From assembly GCA_963674755.2 (NCBI GenBank), contig CAXXVS010000003.1:1792001-1856000 (forward strand): a DNA stretch of 64,000 nt. The letters run 5' to 3'. A program made the translations under genes and the position numbers. Below, piece by piece: positions 49,543-60,203 of this stretch; the stretch's first letter is position 1; each line of letters opens with the position of its first letter. The notes under the pieces were generated by a model. It ran no database searches. It saw only the letters and a list, made by a program, of their open reading frames with translations, and had not been told where the DNA came from. The DNA is from Desulfobacterales bacterium. GTDB taxonomy: Bacteria; Desulfobacterota; Desulfobacteria; Desulfobacterales; UBA5852.

Positions 49543-50079
49543 ATGAACTACTTCAAGAAGATGAAAGGGCATACCCAGAGTCCGCCCCGGGTGGGCCTGA
49601 TTGAAATCCTCTGGTCCTGGCTGGGGAGTTTTCTGGGCATCGCCCTCGTCAGCCTGATCCACTACAAGCTGGTGGATCAGACCGCCCTTATCATGATCAT
49701 CGGCTCCTTCGGAGCCTCTGCCGTATTGATCTACGGCGCCATCCGCAGCCCGCTGGCCCAGCCACGCAACTTGATCGGCGGCCACGTGCTCTCGGCCCTG
49801 ATCGGGGTGACGGCCTTCCAGCTTCTGGATGGGCAGCTGTGGCTGGCCTCGGCCCTTGCGGTTTCCACGGCCATTGCCCTGATGCACCTCACCAAAACCC
49901 TGCATCCACCCGGCGGCGCCACCGCACTGATCGCGGTGATCGGTGGCGAAAGCGTCCACCGGTTGGGCTATCTCTATGCCATCGTACCCGCCGGCCTGGG
50001 GGCTCTGGTCATGCTGATCGTCGCCCTGGCGGTCAACAACATGGCCCCCGACCGGCGCTACCCCGAATTCTGGCTGTAA
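49543..50079 (+). CDS. HPP-family membrane protein
   Basis: SFGASAVL, SPLAQPRN-IGGH, LHPPGGATAL, YPEFW. Confidence 0.94.
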   Translation: MNYFKKMKGHTQSPPRVGLIEILWSWLGSFLGIALVSLIHYKLVDQTALIMIIGSFGASAVLIYGAIRSPLAQPRNLIGGHVLSALIGVTAFQLLDGQLWLASALAVSTAIALMHLTKTLHPPGGATALIAVIGGESVHRLGYLYAIVPAGLGALVMLIVALAVNNMAPDRRYPEFWL

Positions 50080-50113
50080 GCAAGAGAACTCATCGATGAA
50101 AGGAGAAGGCTTC

Positions 50114-51292
50114 ATGCAAAAACGGAAAATTCTTGACGATATCTACTGGCTGGGAGCGATCGATTGGGACCGGCGGCTGTTCGATTCCCTCATACCGCTC
50201 CCGGACGGCACGAGCTACAATGCCTATCTCGTAAAAGGCAGCGCGAAGACAGCGCTGCTGGATACCGTCGACCCGCCCATGGCCGACGAATTGCTGGTCC
50301 AACTCGCCGATGTGGACAAGATCGATTTCATCGTCTCCCACCATGCAGAACAGGATCACTCCGGCGCCATCCCGCGTGTGCTGGAGCGTTTTCCAGAGGC
50401 CAAGGTGGTCACCACCCCCAAGGCCAAGGGCATGCTTATGGATCTTCTGACCATTCCCGAAACGGCCTTTGTCACCGTCGCGGACGGCGACACCCTGTCC
50501 CTTGGCGACAAGACCCTGACCTTCATCCATACACCCTGGGTGCACTGGCCGGAAACCATGGTGACCTATCTGTCTGAGAATAAGACGCTCTTCAGCTGCG
50601 ATTTTTACGGCTCGCATATCGCCACGAGTGATCTTTTCGCCACCGACCAGGGCCGGGTGTATGAAGCGGCCAAGCGTTATTTTGCCGAAATTATGATGCC
50701 GTTCCGAAGCATCATCGCCAAGAACATGTCCAAACTCGAAGCGTACGACATTCAAATCATCGCCCCGAGCCATGGGCAGATTTACGATCGCCCGGCCTGG
50801 ATCATGGAGGCCTATCAGGATTGGGTCAACGGCACACCTCACAACACGGTCGTGTTGCCTTTCGTGTCCATGCACGGCAGCACACGTCAACTGGTTGATT
50901 ATCTAACGAGTGCTCTTGTGGGGCAAGGTGTGCGAGTTGAGCTCTTCAACCTGGCGGTTACTGACATCGGCAAACTTGCAATGGCGCTGGTCGATGCCGG
51001 AACGATCGTCGTCGGCGTCCCTACAGTACTCTCAGGTCCTCATCCCCTGGCGGCCTACGCAACGCTTTTGGCCAATGCCCTGAAGCCCAAGACGCGCTTT
51101 CTCTCCATCATCGGCTCTTATGGCTGGGGTGGCAAAACCGTGGAAACTCTGGCTGGGATGATTCCCAATCTGAAAGTCGAGGTGCTGGAGCCGGTATTGT
51201 GCAAGGGTGTTCCATCACAAGCCGACTTTGAGGCCTTGGAGCGCTTGGCCGGTATGATCGCACAGAAGCACAAGGAAAGCAGCTTTGCATAG
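50114..51292 (+). CDS. fprA: Class A flavodiiron protein (NO/O2 reductase)
   Basis: GTSYNAY, HAEQDHSG, VHWPE, FSCD, APSHG; flavodoxin domain SMHGST...GSYGW. Confidence 0.94.
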   Translation: MQKRKILDDIYWLGAIDWDRRLFDSLIPLPDGTSYNAYLVKGSAKTALLDTVDPPMADELLVQLADVDKIDFIVSHHAEQDHSGAIPRVLERFPEAKVVTTPKAKGMLMDLLTIPETAFVTVADGDTLSLGDKTLTFIHTPWVHWPETMVTYLSENKTLFSCDFYGSHIATSDLFATDQGRVYEAAKRYFAEIMMPFRSIIAKNMSKLEAYDIQIIAPSHGQIYDRPAWIMEAYQDWVNGTPHNTVVLPFVSMHGSTRQLVDYLTSALVGQGVRVELFNLAVTDIGKLAMALVDAGTIVVGVPTVLSGPHPLAAYATLLANALKPKTRFLSIIGSYGWGGKTVETLAGMIPNLKVEVLEPVLCKGVPSQADFEALERLAGMIAQKHKESSFA

Positions 51293-51352
51293 GGAAGGTC
51301 AATTTTTGTCACAGGATAACGGCAACATTCAAAACGAAAAGGAGAAAATGCC

Positions 51353-52999
51353 ATGTTTTGTTTTCAGTGTCAGGAAACTGCTAAAAATCAAGGCTGCACA
51401 GTGAAAGGTGTGTGCGGCAAACCCGAGGAAACGGCGGATCTTCAGGATTTGCTCATTTACATCTGCAAAGGAATTGCAGTTTACGGGGAAAAATTGAAGG
51501 AAAAAGGAACGGTTGACAAAGATGCCGGGCGCTTCATTTGTGAAGCCCTTTTCACCACCATCACCAACGTGGCCTGGGATGATGATGTCATCGTAGACAG
51601 AGTCAAGCAAGCCCTCAAGGTTCGAGATACCGTTAAGGGAAAGCTTGGGAGTGACATTCTCAGCGCCCTTCCGGATTGCGCCACTTGGACTGCGACCGAC
51701 AAACAGGCGATCATCGACAAGGCCTTGTCCGATGAGGTTCGCATTACGACCACTCAAAACGAGGATGTGCGGTCCCTGAGGGAACTGTTGGTTATCGGCA
51801 GCAAGGGGATCGCCGCCTATGCCGATCATGCCGCGATTCTCGGACATGAAAAGGATGACATCTATGGTTTTCTCATTGAGGCCCTGGCATCCACCACCAA
51901 GGATCTTTCAGTGGATGACATGATTGCTATGGTCATGAAGGCTGGCGAAGCTGCCGTCAACACCATGGCCCTCCTGGACGAAGCCAATACAACGGCTTAC
52001 GGCAATCCCGAAATCACAGAGGTTAACATCGGCGTAAGGAAGAATCCCGGCATCCTGATTTCCGGTCATGATTTGAAGGACATGGAAGAGCTGCTCAAAC
52101 AAACCGAGGGAACCGGTGTGGACGTCTACACCCACGGCGAGATGCTGCCGGCCAACACCTATCCGGCTTTCAAGAAATATGATCATTTCGTGGGCAATTA
52201 CGGTGGCTCCTGGTGGCACCAAAACAAGGATTTCGAATCCTTCAACGGCGCCATCCTTCTTACCACCAACTGCTTGATCCCGACCAAGAAGGACAACACC
52301 TATCTGGATAGACTCTTTACCACAGGCGTGGTCAACTACCCGGCAGCCGAACATATTGCCAACAGGCCTGCGGGCGGTGCAAAGGATTTTTCCGCTGTCG
52401 TTGAACGGGCCAAGCAATGTGCGCCTCCTCAAGAAATCGAGTCCGGCAATATCGTGACCGGCTTCGCGCATCATCAGGTTCTGGCCCTGGCGGACAAGGT
52501 AATCGATGCTGTCAAATCAGGCGCCATCAAGCGTTTTGTCGTCATGGCCGGCTGCGACGGACGGCAAAAGTCACGCAGTTACTTCACCGAGGTGGCCGAA
52601 AGCCTGCCCAAGGACACCGTAATCCTCACCGCTGGATGTGCAAAATACCGCTACAACAAACTTGCCCTGGGCGACATTGGCGGCATCCCCCGGGTTCTGG
52701 ATGCAGGCCAGTGCAACGACAGCTATTCTCTGGCGGTGATCGCCCTGAAGCTCAAGGAAGCGTTCGGCCTCGACGACATCAATCAGTTGCCCATCTCCTA
52801 CGACATCGCATGGTATGAGCAGAAAGCCGTAGCCGTGCTGCTGGCCCTGCTGTCCCTCAATGTCCAGGGCATTCGGTTGGGGCCGACCCTGCCTGCCTTC
52901 CTGTCGCCCAATGTGGCCAAGGTCTTGGTGGAGAAGTTCGATATTAAACCCATCGGTACTGTTGCGGAAGACGTCGCGGCCATGATGGCCGGCAAATAG
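51353..52999 (+). CDS. hcp: Hybrid cluster protein
   Basis: MFCFQCQE...GC-GVCGK, SGHD, THGEMLP, TTNC, GCDG, GQCND, WYEQKA. Confidence 0.98.
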   Translation: MFCFQCQETAKNQGCTVKGVCGKPEETADLQDLLIYICKGIAVYGEKLKEKGTVDKDAGRFICEALFTTITNVAWDDDVIVDRVKQALKVRDTVKGKLGSDILSALPDCATWTATDKQAIIDKALSDEVRITTTQNEDVRSLRELLVIGSKGIAAYADHAAILGHEKDDIYGFLIEALASTTKDLSVDDMIAMVMKAGEAAVNTMALLDEANTTAYGNPEITEVNIGVRKNPGILISGHDLKDMEELLKQTEGTGVDVYTHGEMLPANTYPAFKKYDHFVGNYGGSWWHQNKDFESFNGAILLTTNCLIPTKKDNTYLDRLFTTGVVNYPAAEHIANRPAGGAKDFSAVVERAKQCAPPQEIESGNIVTGFAHHQVLALADKVIDAVKSGAIKRFVVMAGCDGRQKSRSYFTEVAESLPKDTVILTAGCAKYRYNKLALGDIGGIPRVLDAGQCNDSYSLAVIALKLKEAFGLDDINQLPISYDIAWYEQKAVAVLLALLSLNVQGIRLGPTLPAFLSPNVAKVLVEKFDIKPIGTVAEDVAAMMAGK

Positions 53000-53132
53000 C
53001 TATAATCGGCCTGCGTGTTTGTTCTCTATGGAAGGACACGCAGGTCTGGCTTGTTATAGCGAAAGCGATACCGAATCCCGATTACCAGCGGCATTTGGTT
53101 GCAAAATCAGTGGATGGAGCGATCCTTTCGAC

Positions 53133-54245
53133 ATGAAAAGATTTTTTATCAGATCTCTTGCGGTAATCCTGGTGGTCATTGTGATTATAGGCGCTGCCTT
53201 GCTCGTACACCATCGCAAAGCCCAACTCGCAAACCAACCCGCACCGCCCACGCGACCCATTGCCGTTATCGCCAAATATGCACAATGGGGACGTCTATCT
53301 GTAAAACGACATTATCTCGGGACCATCAAACCCGAAGCCGAGGCCGTGCTCTCGGCTCAGACCACGGGCTATGTCACGGCGTTGTACAAGGATGTGGGTG
53401 ACCGGATGCGAAAAGGCGAGGTGGCGGCGGAGATTGACACGCGACTTTCAAAGGCAAAGGAAAAGGCCCTCGTTGCAGAACTGGCCGGGGCACGGGAAGA
53501 TCTGGCGACCAAAGAAATCATCCGCAACCGTCGCCGGGAGCTGATCCGCGACCGGATCGTTTCCCAGGAAACGCTGGACGAAGCCGAGCTGGCGGCAAAT
53601 TTGGCCGCCAGCCGCGTCCGACGTTTGGAACAGGATCTTTCGGCCGCGACCATCTCACTGTCTTTCTCCCGTATGGAATCATTTTTTGACGGGATCGTTA
53701 CCGAACGTATGAAGGCTATTGGAGATCTGGCTACAACCGGAACACCGGTTTTCAGGGTGGAGAACCCGGATCGGGGATACAAAGTTCTGTTCCAGGTGCC
53801 ACAGGATACAGCCGCCATCCTTGCTCGAAACGCCCCAGTTCGATTAACTCACGGAAGCAATAGCCTTGAAACGATCGTCGACCGTGTTCACCCGGCCATT
53901 GTGTCTGGAAACTTGGCAACCGTGGAAATCAAATCCCAGTTCCGTCCCTTCGGTCTGCCCAGTTACGGTGTGGTGGGTTTGGACCTGACCGTGGCCGAAC
54001 CCGAGGGATGGATTGTGGATGCGGACTGCCTTCTGGAAACGGGTATGGAGACCCTGATATTCCCGATGGACGATAGCATGACGGTATCGCCGCTAGTTGT
54101 AACCGTGCGGGGGCGCTCTGGGTCTCGGGTCGTTGTGGACGGCCCCCTGACTGAAGGGAGGGCACTTGCCGCCGGCCCGGAATCCATGCTGTTAATGCTG
54201 CGGGATGGGGTTCGCGTTCTTCCGGTTTCCGGAGGCGCGCAGTGA
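53133..54245 (+). CDS. RND efflux membrane-fusion protein
   Basis: N-terminal TM; G-V-LY-VGD lipoyl half; helical hairpin; FDGIV; overlaps the RND gene. Confidence 0.9.
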   Translation: MKRFFIRSLAVILVVIVIIGAALLVHHRKAQLANQPAPPTRPIAVIAKYAQWGRLSVKRHYLGTIKPEAEAVLSAQTTGYVTALYKDVGDRMRKGEVAAEIDTRLSKAKEKALVAELAGAREDLATKEIIRNRRRELIRDRIVSQETLDEAELAANLAASRVRRLEQDLSAATISLSFSRMESFFDGIVTERMKAIGDLATTGTPVFRVENPDRGYKVLFQVPQDTAAILARNAPVRLTHGSNSLETIVDRVHPAIVSGNLATVEIKSQFRPFGLPSYGVVGLDLTVAEPEGWIVDADCLLETGMETLIFPMDDSMTVSPLVVTVRGRSGSRVVVDGPLTEGRALAAGPESMLLMLRDGVRVLPVSGGAQ

Positions 54246-57200
54246 ACTGGGTGGAAGCTTACCTAAAAAAGCCCCATGCCATCATTGCTTTGCTTTTATT
54301 GGGGACTGCTTTCGGCGTTATTGGGTTCAAGACTCTGCCACTGAACCTGTTCCCGGATTCCAATTATCCCCAGGTTTCGGTATTGCTCAACTGGCCCGGG
54401 GCGGCCGCCGAGGACATGGCGGACAAGGTGTCCCGGCAGGCGGAAAAAGAATTGGCCACCCTTGACAAGGTCCGGACGATCAAGGCCACCATCCGGGATG
54501 AAACGGCTGCCATTCGGGTGGAATTCGATTATGCCAAATCGCTGGACGCAGCTGTGACGGATGTCAATGCGGCTCTAAACCGGATTCTACCAAGTCTTCC
54601 GCCCGAGCTTCGGCCGCCCAGAATTTTCAGGGTCAGCGATGCCACCGCGCCGGTACAAACCCTTGCGGTATCTCCTGCCCGGGGGGCGTTTCTGACGTTG
54701 GCCAAGGTCCGCCAGATCTGCGACAATGAACTCCAAGAAGCCCTCCTTCGCGTCCCGGGGATTGCGGATGTGGAGGTTTTCGGAGGATATATTCCTGAGA
54801 TCCGCCTCTTGATTAAACGGGACCGCCTGGCGCGATACGGGCTTTCTGCGGACCAAGTAGCATCGGCGGTCTATACCCATAATCGCAATATCCCGAGCGG
54901 AATGCTTCTCTCGCGTTCCAGAGAGCAGGTCATCACCATCCGCGGCGAACGGTCGTTGCGCCAGAATATCGAGAACATCGTTCTCGCTCGTGACAGCCGG
55001 GATGGAGCAATTTATGTGCGGGACGTGGCCGACGTCGTCACCGCCGTCGAAGAGCGGCGGTCCCTTTTCAGGGGCAACGGCCAACCGGCCATCGGGCTCA
55101 ATATCCTGCGTGGTGAAGGGGAGGCGGTAACCGGAGCATTGTCGGCCTTAGAGAAGGCCCTGCCCGACATCCGGGCGTCCTTTCCGGATCTGGTGTTTGA
55201 AGTCGCCGATACGCAGGGCGAATTGATCGAAACCTCCGTATCCAATCTGATCGGCGCTCTGCGGGACGCCGTGATCCTGACGGTCATGGTCATTTTCCTG
55301 ATCCTGGCCCGCATCCGCACCACGTTTCTGGCGGCTGTGTCCATTCCATTCACATTTTTCATGACCTTCGCCGGCATGAAGCTTATCGGATACGAGCTCA
55401 ACATCGTCACCATGACCGCCATCATCCTGGCGGTGGGACTCCTGGTGGACGACGCCATTGTAGTGATCGAGAACATCGATCGCCATGCGGCAGCGGGGAA
55501 CAAATCCCTTTTCCAGGCATCGGTGGACGGCACCCGGGAGATTTTTCTGGCGGATTTCGCGGGCACGGCCACGACGCTGGCTGTGTTGATTCCCATTATG
55601 TTCGTTGGCGGCTATTCCCAGAAAATTCTACGCCCCCTTGCCGTGGTGCTGTCTCTGGCCCTCTTCTCATCCTATGTCGTGTCCGTAACCGTTATCCCCC
55701 TGCTAGCCCCGAGGCTTATGAAAGCTGGTCAGGGCGCCAACCGGTTGGAGCGGATGCTTGAAAAATTTTCTGCGCTCTGGCTTCTTCCCCTGCAACGCTT
55801 TTTTATTCGCTGCTTTCGTCTGTCCACGGGAAAATGGGGATGGCTCCTACCCACTTTGATGCTGGGACTGCTCCTGATCAGCTTGCGGCAAATGCCTTTA
55901 GCCGGGCGGGATCTTATGCCGCCCATGGATACAGGCATCGTCAAAATTGACTTTGAAGTTTGGCCCAACAGCCCGGTTGCCATAATCGATCAGGTCGTAG
56001 CGGAGATGGAAAAGCAAATTATGGCCGTTCCGGGCTTTGTCCGCATGGCAACAGTGGTCGGGGCCGAGCCCGGCGTGATCAGCTTCGGTGCGGATCGGAC
56101 GCCCCAGGAAGGATTGATAACGGTCCATTTTCAGAACCGGTTTGAACGGGATCAATCCATCTGGCAAATCGAGGCCGGCCTTCGGGAATCCCTTTCAAGA
56201 CTGCCAGGTCTCAAACGAGCCGATGTCTATGACTACGGGGCAACCCCCTTGTCTTCCATCGCGGCGCCGATCGACGTCATGATTTCCGGGCCGGATTCCC
56301 GTTTGTTGGACCGTCTGGCCGTCGGGGCCAAGCAACGGCTGCGCACCGTCCGCGGGCTGACGAGTGTTTCCCGTTCTTGGGACTGGTCCAAAAAGGAAAT
56401 TGCCATAACTCTGGATGAAGCGCGGTTGGCCCGGTACGGATTATCCCCTGTGGATGTGTCTTCCATGATTATAACGGCCACCACGGGCCGAGTGGCGTCG
56501 CACTTCAGCATTGCGGCTCAGGATGGATATCATGTTCGGCTGCGCTTTATACCGGATGACATGACCGCCATCGCCGACCTTGAAACCCTTCAGGTCGTCG
56601 GGCAGCAGGGGGCTGTTCCGCTTGCGGACATCGCCGAAATTCGTCAGGATTTTCGTCAGTCCCGGATCACCCGCCAAGGCCTCTCGCCGGTGGTCGATGT
56701 CCGAGGGTATCGGGATCGGACAGCCATTACACACCTTCAGGACCAAGTGCAGACCGCGCTTGCCGATATGCCGCTTTCCGCCGGATACCGTATCTCCCAG
56801 GAAGGTGAAATCCGACAGATGAAGGAAAGCTTTGCCGAACTCGGTCTGGCCATGGGACTGGCGATATTGTTCCTGTATTTCTCGATGGTGGTTACCTTTA
56901 GCTCTTATCTGCAACCCGTTATCATCATGAGTGCCATCCCTTTGGCATTTATCGGCGTCCCATGGGGCATGCTGCTGCTCGAGCGCCATTTCTGCATGCC
57001 GGCAGCCATGGGCATGATTCTGCTTGGCGGTATTGTCGTCAACAATTCCATCATACTGGTGGATTTTATCGAAAGAAGCAGGGCCGAAGGAAAGTCGCTT
57101 CAGGTTGCCATTGAGGCAGCTATATCCCGAAGGACCCGCCCGATTCTGATGACAGCGTTAAGCACGGTGGCTGGCATGCTGCCGGTGGCGGCACAATCCG

Positions 57201-57364
57201 CCGTAGGACTCGAGCGGCTTTCGCCGCTAGCCGTAGTGGCCATCGCCGGACTTCTGGTATCAACTTTTCTTACCCTTGCGTGGATTCCGGCGCTGTATGC
57301 CGGGGTTGATCGGCTAAAGACTAAATTGCGGCAATCAAGGGATAGGGCAATATCTCTTCAATAA
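54242..57364 (+). CDS. RND efflux permease (AcrB/CusA family)
   Basis: GLLVDDAIVVIENI, GIVVNNSI, RTRPILMT; 1040 aa. Confidence 0.95.
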   Translation: MNWVEAYLKKPHAIIALLLLGTAFGVIGFKTLPLNLFPDSNYPQVSVLLNWPGAAAEDMADKVSRQAEKELATLDKVRTIKATIRDETAAIRVEFDYAKSLDAAVTDVNAALNRILPSLPPELRPPRIFRVSDATAPVQTLAVSPARGAFLTLAKVRQICDNELQEALLRVPGIADVEVFGGYIPEIRLLIKRDRLARYGLSADQVASAVYTHNRNIPSGMLLSRSREQVITIRGERSLRQNIENIVLARDSRDGAIYVRDVADVVTAVEERRSLFRGNGQPAIGLNILRGEGEAVTGALSALEKALPDIRASFPDLVFEVADTQGELIETSVSNLIGALRDAVILTVMVIFLILARIRTTFLAAVSIPFTFFMTFAGMKLIGYELNIVTMTAIILAVGLLVDDAIVVIENIDRHAAAGNKSLFQASVDGTREIFLADFAGTATTLAVLIPIMFVGGYSQKILRPLAVVLSLALFSSYVVSVTVIPLLAPRLMKAGQGANRLERMLEKFSALWLLPLQRFFIRCFRLSTGKWGWLLPTLMLGLLLISLRQMPLAGRDLMPPMDTGIVKIDFEVWPNSPVAIIDQVVAEMEKQIMAVPGFVRMATVVGAEPGVISFGADRTPQEGLITVHFQNRFERDQSIWQIEAGLRESLSRLPGLKRADVYDYGATPLSSIAAPIDVMISGPDSRLLDRLAVGAKQRLRTVRGLTSVSRSWDWSKKEIAITLDEARLARYGLSPVDVSSMIITATTGRVASHFSIAAQDGYHVRLRFIPDDMTAIADLETLQVVGQQGAVPLADIAEIRQDFRQSRITRQGLSPVVDVRGYRDRTAITHLQDQVQTALADMPLSAGYRISQEGEIRQMKESFAELGLAMGLAILFLYFSMVVTFSSYLQPVIIMSAIPLAFIGVPWGMLLLERHFCMPAAMGMILLGGIVVNNSIILVDFIERSRAEGKSLQVAIEAAISRRTRPILMTALSTVAGMLPVAAQSAVGLERLSPLAVVAIAGLLVSTFLTLAWIPALYAGVDRLKTKLRQSRDRAISLQ

Positions 57365-57773
57365 AAGCAGAATCTATTTGGCCGAACAGAGCAACCATTT
57401 CCTAAGTGCTATGCAAACTTCTGGGAAACATGCAACAAGGTAAGGGACAAAGTTTGAGATTAGGTATGATATCAACAGCGGTAATCACGTTAAAACTCAA
57501 TAAATTCTTCTCTCTTGATGTCACCAACTATTAGCTTATCGCATACTGTATCGTTTGGAACATATAAAAAGCTGTAATCGGGCTATTGGCCCTATAACCA
57601 TCAATGGACAGCGCTTCTACGATGACCGAGCTTATCAGTCTTCCTGTCGACCAATGTGGTTAAATTGTTTCCTGAGAGATTCGACATCAAGCTAATGACA
57701 TAGGCACTCTTGGGATAGAAGTGGTATCCATAAAAGCAGGCAACTAACCGAACTAGATACCAGTGGTTCATCT

Positions 57774-57809
57774 AAAAAGCTCCGCTCTTTTAATGGAGAG
57801 CGGAGCTTT
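57774..57809 (-). terminator. Intrinsic terminator after the octaheme cytochrome gene
   Basis: aaagctccgctct-N8-agagcggagcttt with a T-run on the minus strand. Confidence 0.8.
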
Positions 57810-57836
57810 AAATTTCATAGATAAATATGCGATTCG

Positions 57837-59221
57837 TTATTTACCAAATATTTTCGGCGGGCGGGTGGTATCGCCGGTGGCATTGGGGAAATCTTCGGCG
57901 ATGTAAGCCTTCTGACCCGTTTCGATCAGGTGGTTGGCCTCTTCCATAAAATTGGCAAACCGGAATTTGCACTCGTAGAAACCATGCCACCAGGCGTAGT
58001 CCGGGGCCATCATCATGGTGTCCATGCGGGCCCGCCGGCCCTCGTGGTGCCAGAGTTCGTAGTACTCCACCTCGAGGCGCTCGTCGAAATACTTGGTCTT
58101 GTCGAGTAGCCCCTTCTCGTAGAGCTCATCCAGCTTGGCTTTGGCCGGTTTGAAGTAGACCTCGTTGTATTCCTCCACGGCCTTGTCGAATCCGCCGTAG
58201 AAATCGTTGATCCAGGACTCGCCGTGGCAGGCACTGCAAACGTTCTTCATCTTCTGGCGTTCGTCCTGCCAGTTGGTGCCCGGAAGGCCGCGAAGTCCTG
58301 GGGGCGGATCGTCAGCGGCGCCTGGGTTTCCCAGGACAGGCCGGAGGTGACGTCGTGGCTGGTAGGTTCTTTTCCCGTGCCGGACATGTGGCAGGCCGCG
58401 CAGGTGGGCGCCCGGTAGTCCACACCAGGCGTCCAGGTGCCGCCGGCCGCATCGAAATTGAATTCATCCTTGTAGGCGTGGTAGATCGTGCCGTGCTTGG
58501 ATTCGTTGTAGATTTCGATTTGGGGATGGTCCGGCCCCAGGAGGCACTGGTCGCAGGCCTCGGGCATGCGGGCCTCGGCCACCGAGAACCGGTGCCGGGT
58601 ATGGCAAGAGGTGCAGGAGCCCTTGCTGCCGTCCAGGTTGAGCCGCCCGACCCCGACATTGGGCCAGGTGGCCGAATCGATTTTGCCCTTGTCATCGACC
58701 GCGATCACCGTGCCATGACAGCTGAAGCAGCCTGTCTTGCGTTCGTTTGCCGAATTCATGCCCTTGTTCAGCCAGGGATCGATCTTCCAGATGATCTCGA
58801 TGGTGTTGGCGTGCTTGGACTTGCTGTACTGCATGGCCTCATCCGGATGGCAGCGGGAGCAATCTTTGGGGGTCACAATGGCCGCAACGGGCATCTTGTA
58901 CTTGGCCTCCCCCCAGGGCAGGTCGGACCGGCTGTAATATTGCTCATGCGCCTGGGCGATGTCCTGGTCGCCAGGCTGGACCAGGTGGCAGTCCAGGCAG
59001 GTGATGTTGGCGTTGGCATGCCGGCTTTTGGCCCAATCGGCAAATACCCCGGGTGTCGCCACCCGGTGGCACTCGACACAGGCCTGGGCTTCCGGCGGCA
59101 CGCTGCGCTCGATCCGATATTCCTTGACGGTGGGGAAATTGGGCTGCTGGGCCAGGGCCGCAAATGCACACAAGCCGACGGCCAGCAGTCCGATTGTAAG
59201 AACCAGCAATGGTCGCCTCAT
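57837..59221 (-). pseudogene. Octaheme HAO-family cytochrome c, frameshifted near 58280-58285
   Basis: Signal peptide; CVECH, CLDCH, CSRCH, CFSCH, CTSCH, CDQCL (defective), CAACH, then CSACH in the second frame; GPDHPQ-EIY-ESKHG; APDY-WWHG. Confidence 0.88.
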
Positions 59222-59294
59222 GGGTCCCGCTCCTTTCGGTTGACGATAAAAAGACGTATTAAAACCGATATGGATGAAAAGCCTTTTAAGGCCC

Positions 59295-59852
59295 TTAAAG
59301 CTGTTTAAGTCCCTTGGCCTGGTAAGGGATCCGGCGCGTCTGACGGAACATGACCAGCCCCCTCTCGGAATGAACCAGGTCATAGTGGCAGTCGACACAT
59401 TTCTTTTCATAACCGGGCCGGGCATAGAGCACCGCGCGGTGGGCCAACATGGCGCCCCGCTGGGTGGGCATGTACAGCAGGTTGCGGTGGCATTTCTGGC
59501 ACTGGTCGTTGTGGAAACTGGCATAGGCCGCTTCACGGTTTTTTTCGGGGTCGTAGGAGTCCATGGTAAAGTGCTTCACCACGTCCTTGGCGCCGTGATA
59601 GGTTTTGGCAAAAAAGAACTGGAAGGTATCCTGGGGCGCGGGCAGGTGGCAGTCCATGCAATCCACCACGACCCCGGCGCTGTTGTTGGTGTGGGTGGAG
59701 GACCGCCAGGCCACCACGGCCGGTTTGATCTCGTGGCACGAGGCGCAGAATTCCGGGGTGGAGGTACGCACCATGGTGTAGTAGGTCATGCTGAAAGGAG
59801 GGAAAGCAATGATAATTCCGGTAAAGATAAGAATGGCTGGGAGAAGATGGCG
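59295..59852 (-). pseudogene. NapC/NirT-family tetraheme cytochrome c, native start apparently lost
   Basis: CASCH, CMDCH, CQKCH, CVDCH. The TM segment RHLLPAILIFTGIIIAFP lies upstream of the first ATG (59789) and is directly preceded by TAA. Confidence 0.75.
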
Positions 59853-59914
59853 TTAGCCTGAGACGGTACTCTCTCCGATAGACCCAAAGATCATGAAGCA
59901 ACAGGGCGTGAGGA

Positions 59915-60174
59915 AGAAAATAGACATCCTATGTGGATGATCTGCTCGACCGGGAGTGCGATTATGTCGTCACCCTGTACGGGCACGCCCACGAGACCTG
60001 CCGATGTTTCCACGCAAGGTAACCAAAATCCATGTCGGGTTTGACGATCCGGCGCGCCTTGCCATAGCGGCCGGCTCGGAAGAGGAGACTTTAGCCCATT
60101 TCCGCCGGGTGCGAGATGAAATTCGTGCCTTTGTGGAGGGCCTGCCGGATAATCTTGTGCGTAGATCGTCTTAA
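59915..60174 (+). pseudogene. arsC: Arsenate reductase (LMW-PTP type) C-terminal remnant
   Basis: [14 protein letters not shown] / frameshift / PMFP...HVGFDDP...FRRVRDEI; Cys->Tyr change; N-terminal CX5R loop absent. Confidence 0.82.
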
Positions 60175-60203
60175 ATGCCCGATAATCCGCAAATCATTTG
60201 CTT

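Noticed and set aside
57365..57770. Gene in the AT-rich gap after the RND permease
   Set aside because: Only short stop-interrupted frames with no recognisable motif.
58247..58290. Programmed frameshift in the octaheme cytochrome
   Set aside because: No slippery heptamer; the additional heme-ligand loss indicates decay.
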